This document shows positions 15,336 through 21,469 of a stretch of 24,000 nucleotides of DNA, piece by piece (position 1 is the stretch's first letter; the number at the start of each line of letters is the position of its first letter). This DNA comes from Minisyncoccota bacterium. GTDB lineage: Bacteria; Patescibacteriota; Minisyncoccia; Phycocordibacterales; Phycocordibacteraceae. The notes beneath the pieces were generated by a model. It saw nothing but the letters and a program-made list of their open reading frames with translations, was not told where the DNA came from and did no database searches. A program made the position numbers and the translations under genes. The DNA is taken from NCBI GenBank assembly GCA_023653145.1, contig JAMNXM010000002.1, positions 13,268 through 37,267 on the forward strand, given 5' to 3'.

Positions 15336-15364
15336 ACTATAGACTAATTGCGAATATTTCGCAA
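15336..15364 (-). promoter_or_regulatory. candidate promoter of the ATPase-PLP-Fur operon, with a 17-bp palindromic operator candidate overlapping the -35
   Basis: Minus strand reads TTGCGA(-35)-17 nt-TATAGT(-10)-14 nt-ATG. The inverted repeat TTGCGAA-tat-TTCGCAA (15348-15364) covers the -35. Read as TGCGAAT-a-TTTCGCA, it has the 7-1-7 format of Fur-family boxes with one inner mismatch. Confidence 0.5.
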
Positions 15365-15450
15365 TAATGCTACCATGATGAGCGGCGGCAGAATACGCTT
15401 ATCTCGCCGCAAATTTGATACACACATTACCAGATACAAAAAGTTAACCT

Positions 15451-15705
15451 ATGAGTGAAGAATGTGAAGATGTCGTAGCGCACAGAAATAAGTCAAATAC
15501 CTATTTCATCTTGAGTGCAGTCTCTGCTGTACTATTTCTTGGTTCAGTTGGAGCAAACGTGCTTGAAGTTGAGCCGTTTGGCGAATACTCTGACGAGGCG
15601 TTTAATCTTGTCGCTGTACTTGCCTTTTTGGCTACGGTCCCGCTACTCTCTGTTGCTATAACTGAACGCAGGGAAGCAAACAAGGGCTGTCAGCACGAAG
15701 ACTAA
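15451..15705 (+). CDS. hypothetical small membrane protein (84 aa, two predicted TM helices)
   Basis: The ORF has two hydrophobic stretches (YFILSAVSAVLFLGSVGANVL and LVAVLAFLATVPLLSVAI) and a strong terminator 18 nt downstream. I found no recognisable family and no clear promoter or RBS. Confidence 0.4.
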   Translation: MSEECEDVVAHRNKSNTYFILSAVSAVLFLGSVGANVLEVEPFGEYSDEAFNLVAVLAFLATVPLLSVAITERREANKGCQHED

Positions 15706-15723
15706 GACGGTTTCTAAGAGACG

Positions 15724-15752
15724 AAAAACGAGAGCAGAGGCTCTCGTTTTTT
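15724..15752. terminator. bidirectional rho-independent terminator
   Basis: aaaaaCGAGAGC-agag-GCTCTCGtttttt. It sits between the convergent 84-aa ORF (+) and the RGG small ORF/DUF475 operon (-). Confidence 0.8.
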
Positions 15753-15770
15753 GCTATCTCGTAACTCTTT

Positions 15771-15896
15771 CTACTTTGACTTCTTCCCACCGCGTGCCGA
15801 GCCGCCACGACTTGCCCCGCCACGGCGCGCCATACGGACCGGCGCCGGCTGATGATAGAAACTCTCTTGGAACGGCCCCTGCTTATTGGTTTTCAT
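15771..15896 (-). CDS. hypothetical 41-aa basic RGG-repeat protein (below the ORF-track cutoff as an independent ORF)
   Basis: My translation from ATG 15896 is MKTNKQGPFQESFYHQPAPVRMARRGGASRGGSARGGKKSK. It is preceded by TATACT-gagtgt-ATG (a -10-like hexamer exactly 6 nt upstream) and followed by the 15724-15752 terminator. Confidence 0.4.
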   Translation of the reverse strand: MKTNKQGPFQESFYHQPAPVRMARRGGASRGGSARGGKKSK

Positions 15897-15902
15897 ACAC
15901 TC

Positions 15903-15908
15903 AGTATA
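15903..15908 (-). promoter_or_regulatory. -10-like hexamer TATACT, 6 nt upstream of the RGG small-ORF ATG
   Basis: Minus strand reads TAGgTATACTgagtgtATG, where TAG is the DUF475 stop. Confidence 0.4.
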
Positions 15909-15909
15909 C

Positions 15910-16914
15910 CTACCCTTTTGTCTGGAGTCGGACCGACGACCAGTATGCTGCGAGTACAAATGAAATACCGATAGTCCCTGTAACGATCTCGGGGACTTCT
16001 GTAAGCAGTGCAACAAACATAGATACGGCGAGACCAAAGATTGCCCAATGCGCACCATGCTCTAGGTACTTAAGAGTCTCAAGAGTGCGTTGGCGCACCA
16101 TATACACCGTAAGTGAGCGGACAAAAAATGCACCGATGCCGAGACCTACCGCAATGATGGGGATAGAGCTCGTCAATGCAAAGGCACCAATAACGCCGTC
16201 GAGAGAAAACGCTGCGTCGAGCACCTCAAGATACATAAAGAGGGCGAATGAGTGTTTTGCGGTTTCTGTAGCCTCAACCGAAAAGGCGCTGGTGATGCCC
16301 TGCATCACGATGAACAAAATGACTCCGATCATGCCACCTGCGAGCACTGTTGCGCGCGCCTCGAGCGGCACCAAAAACGAGATACCCGCAATAATTATGA
16401 GTGCAGTAACGATTTCAATTGCCTCTATTCTCCCCCATCGCGCAAGTCTCCGCTCAAGCACGGCAACCCAGTGCACGTCCTTTTCAGCATCAAGAAAGTA
16501 CTTGAGAGCGACCATCATGAGGAACGCTGCCCCAAAGGAGTGGATCGCGTAACCTGCCTCGTGGAGGAGTTCGCCATAGTGCACCGGATCAAAGAGTGCC
16601 ATCTGCGTAATCGCCCACGGAGACGTCCACACCACTACGGAGACAATTACAATTGGGAGGACGAATCGAGTACCAAACACTGCAATAAGGATTCCCCACG
16701 TTAAAAACCGATGCTGCCATTCGGCAGACATGCGTTTCAACACTTTTGCATTCACAACCGCGTTGTCGAATGACAGCGTCACTTCAAGGAGTATCAAAAG
16801 CACCGTCACGAAAAGTGCTGCCCACCCACCATATACAAACATTGCCCCGAGCCCTGCCACCGTGATTCCGAACGAAAACCAGAAATGCTTTAAAAGATGT
16901 GCGACTGTTTGCAT
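15910..16914 (-). CDS. DUF475 / TerC-superfamily integral membrane protein
   Basis: 334 aa, polytopic, with LEVTLSFDNAVVNAKVLKRM and a second EVLDAAFSLDGVIGAFA repeat typical of DUF475/TerC-like proteins. Confidence 0.65.
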   Translation of the reverse strand: MQTVAHLLKHFWFSFGITVAGLGAMFVYGGWAALFVTVLLILLEVTLSFDNAVVNAKVLKRMSAEWQHRFLTWGILIAVFGTRFVLPIVIVSVVVWTSPWAITQMALFDPVHYGELLHEAGYAIHSFGAAFLMMVALKYFLDAEKDVHWVAVLERRLARWGRIEAIEIVTALIIIAGISFLVPLEARATVLAGGMIGVILFIVMQGITSAFSVEATETAKHSFALFMYLEVLDAAFSLDGVIGAFALTSSIPIIAVGLGIGAFFVRSLTVYMVRQRTLETLKYLEHGAHWAIFGLAVSMFVALLTEVPEIVTGTIGISFVLAAYWSSVRLQTKG

Positions 16915-17996
16915 CAGCGCAGTATACGACTCTCAAGCGTTGGCGTCGAGCCGCTGCGCACCGTAAACGTCTCGCGGCCTATGAGTTGTCCGCGCACCGT
17001 CTCAACACTCACCCGCCACTCGCCTGGAGTAACTGGTCCGTACTCGCTATAGCCTCGGTATCCTCCGTCGCGACCTCCAAAAATACTGAACGGTATTGTT
17101 GCGGCAGTGACCCACAATCCGCGTTGCGTATCGTAGTACTCCCACCGGTGTACGATTGACGTGATGAGTCTGGTTGGAGCGAATACGGAACTGTACGCAA
17201 AGAGTGTACCTCCCTCAGGACTTGTCACTACAACACCAGAGACTCGAGCGTGCCAGGGCTGCGACTCTGTAGCCACATGGTACTGATCATTAAGTTTAAC
17301 GACGCGATGATATACACCAATGTCTTTAAGTGCGAGCGGGATGGGCGGGAGAATGTTTGAGTAGTAGAGCGCTGTAACGGATGCGTACACTATGAGCACT
17401 CCGGTCACAATAGAACTCAGCGACATCCGAACGCGTTTACCATCGACGAGATACAAAAGCCATAAGAATCCTGACACCCCAACAAGCGCAAGCACTCCTG
17501 AGAGTTCAAACACCCCATCCCCCATCCTCCCCATGAGTATCGGGAGCGCATAAATGGAAAACGTGAAGACGCAAAAGAAAAGTAAGGTTGACTGGTACGT
17601 GAGCCGCCACTGATACGAGCGTAGATACTCATTCGTAAGAATAAGTGCGACGAGTACAAGTAAGAATGGCCAACTTGCGATAAACGATCCCGCTTGAGAG
17701 TAGAAAATAAGAAACCCAGAGAACATGCCACCAAACGCAAACTGCGCAGCAAACGGCAACCACTGATACACACGCCGCACCAACTCGAAGCGTGGTGGGC
17801 GCGCCGCAGCTCGATGCAAAAGCAGCATGACCACCACAACCACCGAGAGGTAGGAGAGAATGAGCACGTGCGAGATCAGCAAGTCTATGCGCTTCAGGAC
17901 GATGGTGTCGATGGTGAAGCCGACTAAAAACGCACCGATGGAGAGTTGGTGCTGGTACCGCTCGACAAAACCTTTAACGGCATGGAGTGGGCGCAT
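16914..17996 (-). CDS. membrane protein with a C-terminal DUF2914-like domain
   Basis: 360 aa with about 7 TM helices, then a soluble C-terminus HRWEYYDTQRGLWVTAATIPFSIFGGRDGGYRGYSEYGPVTPGEWRVSVETVRGQLIGRETFTV, which matches my recollection of DUF2914. There is a 1-nt TGATG overlap with the DUF475 start. Confidence 0.5.
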   Translation of the reverse strand: MRPLHAVKGFVERYQHQLSIGAFLVGFTIDTIVLKRIDLLISHVLILSYLSVVVVVMLLLHRAAARPPRFELVRRVYQWLPFAAQFAFGGMFSGFLIFYSQAGSFIASWPFLLVLVALILTNEYLRSYQWRLTYQSTLLFFCVFTFSIYALPILMGRMGDGVFELSGVLALVGVSGFLWLLYLVDGKRVRMSLSSIVTGVLIVYASVTALYYSNILPPIPLALKDIGVYHRVVKLNDQYHVATESQPWHARVSGVVVTSPEGGTLFAYSSVFAPTRLITSIVHRWEYYDTQRGLWVTAATIPFSIFGGRDGGYRGYSEYGPVTPGEWRVSVETVRGQLIGRETFTVRSGSTPTLESRILR

Positions 17997-17998
17997 AC

Positions 17999-18220
17999 CT
18001 ACTCATGCCCTACTCCGTTCTGTGAGCGGAAGTAGTACCACGTGGAGTGCGCGAAGAGCAGTATGACTTGGAGTCCGATTGCATTTCCTAATGCAAACAC
18101 AAGCGTGCCTGTCGTTCCCCATAGGAAGAGCGTGGTGATGATGAACGCATAGATGCGCCACTCGAGTGAGAATAGCAACGACTGCCACATACGTGCGACC
18201 ATACTCTGGTTGTACCACAC
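17999..18220 (-). CDS. DUF2061-like small membrane protein
   Basis: QSLLFSLEWRIYAFIITTLFLWGTTGTLVFALGNAIGLQVILLFAHSTWYYF fits the DUF2061 pattern (K..sWR...two TM helices...Y.hER.W). The start is uncertain: GTG 18220, ATG 18202 or ATG 18190. Confidence 0.55.
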   Translation of the reverse strand: MWYNQSMVARMWQSLLFSLEWRIYAFIITTLFLWGTTGTLVFALGNAIGLQVILLFAHSTWYYFRSQNGVGHE

Positions 18221-18222
18221 GA

Positions 18223-18229
18223 TATACTA
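18223..18229. promoter_or_regulatory. symmetric TAnnnTA element (TATACTA) between the DUF2061 operon (-) and the EEP gene (+)
   Basis: The plus strand reads TATACT-atccac-ATG (6 nt to the EEP ATG at 18235). The minus-strand hexamer TAGTAT is offset by 1 nt. Confidence 0.45.
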
Positions 18230-18234
18230 TCCAC

Positions 18235-18999
18235 ATGCATACCGGCCTGAAATTAGTGAGCATAAATATTGAGGGCGACAAACACTGGGACAGTATCCTT
18301 CCGTTTCTTGAGAAAGAAGGGCCAGAGGTACTCTGTCTTCAGGAGGTATTCGAAGACCAACTGAGCAAACTTACCTCATTTCCCTATCTACACTTCACTC
18401 AGAATACACTCCGCCCGTACTGGAGCGAGCCTGGTGGAGTACCTCGAAACTTTGGCACTGCGATTGCCTCTAGAGTACCTCTTAAGAATGTACGCGACGT
18501 GTACTACTGGAAAGTAGGCGAAGTTCCGGTTTTCTTTGTAAATGGATCTCCTAAGGAAAAACATGCAACACACTGGTACGGCTGTTCGGTAGCTGAAGTA
18601 GAAACTGAGGGTATGACATTCAAGATACTCACCACGCAATTTACATGGACACCAGATGGCATGCCCGATGACCTCCAGCGTAAAGACCTCACAACTCTCC
18701 TGACCTTACTTAAAAATGAAGGCGAGTATGCATTATGCGGCGACTTTAATATTCCAAGAATACAGAATGAACTCTATGCTCAATTAGTCTCTGCACATAC
18801 AGATAACATCCCAACATCATACACATGCAGTTTGGACTCAACATACCATCGGACCCGAACGACCCCAGCGTGGGAGCATGTGCGTCACTACATGGTGGAC
18901 TATCTTCTCACCACACCGAAATACTACGCAACTGATGTTCGTCTTCAAGACGGCGTAAGCGACCACATGGCAATTGTGGCAACACTACACAGCCGCTGA
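18235..18999 (+). CDS. endonuclease/exonuclease/phosphatase (EEP) family protein
   Basis: MHTGLKLVSINIEGDKHW...VLCLQEV...LCGDFNIPR...VSDHMAIVATL. The ORF-track start at 18166 would overlap the DUF2061 gene, whereas ATG 18235 matches the family N-terminus. Confidence 0.8.
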   Translation: MHTGLKLVSINIEGDKHWDSILPFLEKEGPEVLCLQEVFEDQLSKLTSFPYLHFTQNTLRPYWSEPGGVPRNFGTAIASRVPLKNVRDVYYWKVGEVPVFFVNGSPKEKHATHWYGCSVAEVETEGMTFKILTTQFTWTPDGMPDDLQRKDLTTLLTLLKNEGEYALCGDFNIPRIQNELYAQLVSAHTDNIPTSYTCSLDSTYHRTRTTPAWEHVRHYMVDYLLTTPKYYATDVRLQDGVSDHMAIVATLHSR

Positions 19000-19449
19000 T
19001 CGTATCTTTTCTGCAGTAACTGCGAGCGCAGCGTCATCTGCACGTTGGTAGTTGTGGGAGGAAATGTATCCCTCATACCGTGTGAAGTATGTATCAACCT
19101 TTGCAACATGCTGTTTCCACTCATCCCCTACTGTCCCATGCATCGGAAACAATTTGGCGTGCAGATGGTTTACCCCAAATCCCTCAAAAATGACTGCGGT
19201 ACGCCGAACATCAGGAAACGCTGAGTCAATTTTCAACGCAACATGTTTTGCGGCTTGCATAATCCCCTCAATAACATCGTCGGGTGCCTCAAAAATGTAA
19301 CTTTCATAATGAGCCTTCGGAATAACAACAGTAAAGCCTTCTGTATTCGGGAATGGGGTCAGAAACGCCATGTAGTTCATATCCTCCCACACGACGAATG
19401 CCGGTGCAGTACCAGCCACTATACTGCAAAAAATGCAGCCATCACTCAT
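18985..19449 (-). CDS. HIT (histidine triad) family protein
   Basis: CIFCSIVAG near the N-terminus and FEGFGVNHLHAKLFP. The triad reads H-L-H-A-K, a Lys where I expect the third His. Its 3' end overlaps the convergent EEP gene by 15 nt. Confidence 0.75.
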   Translation of the reverse strand: MSDGCIFCSIVAGTAPAFVVWEDMNYMAFLTPFPNTEGFTVVIPKAHYESYIFEAPDDVIEGIMQAAKHVALKIDSAFPDVRRTAVIFEGFGVNHLHAKLFPMHGTVGDEWKQHVAKVDTYFTRYEGYISSHNYQRADDAALAVTAEKIRSAAV

Positions 19450-19455
19450 GCACCA

Positions 19456-19461
19456 AGTATA
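19456..19461 (-). promoter_or_regulatory. -10-like hexamer TATACT, 6 nt upstream of the HIT ATG
   Basis: Minus strand reads ctgaTATACTtggtgcATG. Confidence 0.45.
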
Positions 19462-19501
19462 TCAGTTATGACTTCAGGGGGCTGGTAAAATAGCAAGGCT
19501 G

Positions 19502-19510
19502 TGATATACT
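19502..19510 (+). promoter_or_regulatory. extended -10 (TGaTATACT), candidate csp promoter giving a ~60-nt leader
   Basis: gTGaTATACT at 19502-19510. Cold-shock genes typically have long 5' UTRs. I saw no good -35. Confidence 0.35.
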
Positions 19511-19575
19511 GAAAGTCTCAATGAAGGTTGAGGAGACGCTGGTCGAGGGTTTCAGATTACACACGAAATACACTC

Positions 19576-19773
19576 ATGCAGGGAAAAATCAAAACCGTGA
19601 CTGATCGTGGATTCGGTTTCATTGCCGTCGACGGACAGGCAAAGGACACCTTCTTCCACTCGAAGTCGCTTGTGGGCGTCATGTTTGACGACCTCAAGGT
19701 TGGGGACACTGTCTCCTTCGAAGTCGAGGATGGTCCTAAGGGACCAGCCGCAGTCAACGTCCAGCGCATCTAA
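19576..19773 (+). CDS. cspA: cold-shock domain protein
   Basis: MQGKIKTVTDRGFGFIAVDGQAKDTFFHSKSL contains the RNP1 GFGFI and RNP2-like FFH motifs, in 65 aa. The ORF-track TTG extension (19528) adds a non-homologous Arg-rich N-terminus. Confidence 0.88.
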   Translation: MQGKIKTVTDRGFGFIAVDGQAKDTFFHSKSLVGVMFDDLKVGDTVSFEVEDGPKGPAAVNVQRI

Positions 19774-19786
19774 TTGCACGTACGTT

Positions 19787-19818
19787 AAAACCCCTCTCTT
19801 TTTGAGAGGGGTTTTTGT
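19787..19818. terminator. bidirectional rho-independent terminator between csp (+) and the 48-aa ORF (-)
   Basis: aaaaCCCCTCTC-ttttt-GAGAGGGGtttttgttt. Confidence 0.85.
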
Positions 19819-19822
19819 TTGC

Positions 19823-19969
19823 CTATTGAGCACTCAGTGCTGCCGCGGCTGCTTGCTGGCGCTCTACGACCGCATTCGCAAACTCCTCTGACATGCGTGA
19901 GCCTTGTACCACAACGGCCACCATGATGATTATCATGATCATGTACCCCACCACGGCTTCAGGTTTCAT
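19823..19969 (-). CDS. hypothetical 48-aa single-TM protein, apparently leaderless
   Basis: My translation is MKPEAVVGYMIMIIIMVAVVVQGSRMSEEFANAVVERQQAAAAALSAQ. A consensus promoter lies directly upstream, and the stop sits 5 nt from the terminator. Confidence 0.45.
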   Translation of the reverse strand: MKPEAVVGYMIMIIIMVAVVVQGSRMSEEFANAVVERQQAAAAALSAQ

Positions 19970-19975
19970 ATTTAC

Positions 19976-20004
19976 ATTATACACTATTTATACGTATTAG
20001 TCAA
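19976..20004 (-). promoter_or_regulatory. near-consensus sigma70-type promoter TTGACT-17 nt-TATAAT, with the -10 exactly 6 nt upstream of the ATG
   Basis: Minus strand reads TTGACTaatacgtataaatagtgTATAATgtaaatATG. Confidence 0.65.
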
Positions 20005-20044
20005 ACTTATCTATAAGACACTCTGCGGTGCGTAACTTTCTTCG

Positions 20045-20073
20045 TTGATAATTCGAGGATTTTAGGATACATT
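20045..20073 (+). promoter_or_regulatory. candidate tRNA-Asp promoter TTGATA-17 nt-TACATT
   Basis: TTGATAattcgaggattttaggaTACATT. It implies a leader of about 84 nt before the mature tRNA 5' end. Confidence 0.4.
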
Positions 20074-20163
20074 AGACGGGCTTGCGGGTAGTAAAACGCT
20101 CTGCGTTTTGCCCCCGCCGCACACGGATGGCATGAGCGTAGATGCTCGCGCCACTCCTCGTTT

Positions 20164-20237
20164 GCGGGGGTAGCTCAACTGGTTAGAGCGCCGCCCTGTC
20201 ACGGCGGAGGTTGCGGGTTCAAGTCCCGTCTCTCGCG
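20164..20237 (+). tRNA. tRNA-Asp (anticodon GTC), CCA not encoded
   Basis: Hand-folded cloverleaf: acceptor GCGGGGG/CTCTCGC (two G-U pairs), D arm GCTC/GAGC, anticodon stem CCGCC/GGCGG with loop CTGTCAC, T arm GCGGG-TTCAAGT-CCCGT. Length 74 nt. Confidence 0.9.
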
Positions 20238-20243
20238 CAAACA

Positions 20244-20270
20244 AAACGCCCCACTATTCGTGGGGCGTTT
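20244..20270. terminator. hairpin terminator between tRNA-Asp (+) and rplS (-)
   Basis: AAACGCCCCA-ctattcg-TGGGGCGTTT. On the minus strand it is followed by ttttgtttg. Confidence 0.7.
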
Positions 20271-20281
20271 AACAGTATAAA

Positions 20282-20722
20282 TTACTCAGCCTTTGGTTCA
20301 GCCGTTGGGTCTATCTCGATTGGGGCCTCGTCCTTTGAGCCCCCCGTAGTGAGGTTGACGTTCACCATGTTGCGGAGTGAGCGGCGGATCTCGCGGCTTG
20401 CCTTATCGCGAATGTAGTACAGTTTTGCACGGCGAACCTTTGAGCGACGGATGATGTCTATCTTCTCTATCATTGGAGAGTAGAGCGGGAAGGTCTTCTC
20501 TACCCCGATCTGGCTCAGAACCGCGCGTACTGTAAAGGTGCCGCCGATCTCAGCACCGTGCTTGGTTGCAATAACCAAGCCTTCGTAGACCTGGATACGG
20601 GTCTTACCCTTTTCAACAATCTTTTGGTGTACACGCACGGTGTCCCCTGAGCGGATACCAAGGTTCTTGCGCTCATCTACCTTTACCGGGGTAAGTTTCT
20701 TGACGTCAACAGTTACAGCCAT
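20282..20722 (-). CDS. rplS: 50S ribosomal protein L19, with a ~30-aa C-terminal extension
   Basis: [35 protein letters not shown]...FTVRAV...[33 protein letters not shown]. Confidence 0.95.
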   Translation of the reverse strand: MAVTVDVKKLTPVKVDERKNLGIRSGDTVRVHQKIVEKGKTRIQVYEGLVIATKHGAEIGGTFTVRAVLSQIGVEKTFPLYSPMIEKIDIIRRSKVRRAKLYYIRDKASREIRRSLRNMVNVNLTTGGSKDEAPIEIDPTAEPKAE

Positions 20723-20737
20723 AGTTCGTCAAAAATA

Positions 20738-21469
20738 TCACGTTATGAGCGCTTCCGCAACCCTCAGATCCTCGGGGAGCGGTGCCTCAAAGGTGCGCCT
20801 CCCACCGTCCGGCAGGTCTATAGTAATCCTCTCAGCATGGAGTGCTGGACGTGCAAGCCTCAACAATTTTGGTCGTGTTGCCGCATACAGGTGGTCTGAA
20901 ATAATAGGATACCCCAGCGCCTGCAAGTGGACTCTCAACTGATGCGTGCGCCCCGTCTTTGGCACGAGTCCTAGGACCGAAACTCGCTCACCTTCTGGAC
21001 TCATGCCACGCCTGAGGACGCGCCAGAGGGTGATTGCGGCACGACTCTTCTGACCTTCGCGTACGAACCGTGACGCCCAGCGCGGCGGTATCGATTTAAC
21101 GCGCACTATCTCTTGCTCAATGACGCCTTGCTCGGGCTTTGGGTGACCGTACACCAGCGCTCGATACTCTTTACTTACCGTTCGGTCATGAAACTGCTTC
21201 TTGAGCGCAGTGTATGCCTCAGTCGTCTTTGCGAGCACCAACACTCCTGACGTGGTGCGGTCTAAGCGGTGCACAATACCTGGGCGGTCAATGACCTCGC
21301 CTTGTGGAGACACCCAGGGCTCACCAACGCCGCGCATCTCGGGATAGTGTGCAACAACCCAATCGCACACCGATGGCTCCTCAGTACGCCCATCTGAGTG
21401 GACGATGATTCCTGCGGGTTTATTGATGACGAGGATAGAGTCATCTTCAAATATAACAGTTGGTTCCAT
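20738..21469 (-). CDS. RluA-family pseudouridine synthase (no S4 domain)
   Basis: ILVINKPAGIIVH, the catalytic motif HRLDRTTSGVLVLAKT, and GRTHQLRVHL. Confidence 0.88.
   Translation of the reverse strand: MEPTVIFEDDSILVINKPAGIIVHSDGRTEEPSVCDWVVAHYPEMRGVGEPWVSPQGEVIDRPGIVHRLDRTTSGVLVLAKTTEAYTALKKQFHDRTVSKEYRALVYGHPKPEQGVIEQEIVRVKSIPPRWASRFVREGQKSRAAITLWRVLRRGMSPEGERVSVLGLVPKTGRTHQLRVHLQALGYPIISDHLYAATRPKLLRLARPALHAERITIDLPDGGRRTFEAPLPEDLRVAEALIT

Noticed and set aside
15776-16552. 258-aa plus-strand ORF, the longest unassigned ORF in the track.
   Set aside because: It is entirely antisense to the DUF475 membrane gene and has low-complexity Ala/Ser/Thr/Arg-rich composition typical of a shadow frame in a GC-rich gene. 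It has no start context.
20062-20244. 60-aa minus-strand ORF (..GLEPATSAVTGRRSNQLSY..).
   Set aside because: This is the classic antisense translation of a tRNA gene (tRNA-Asp) plus its leader.
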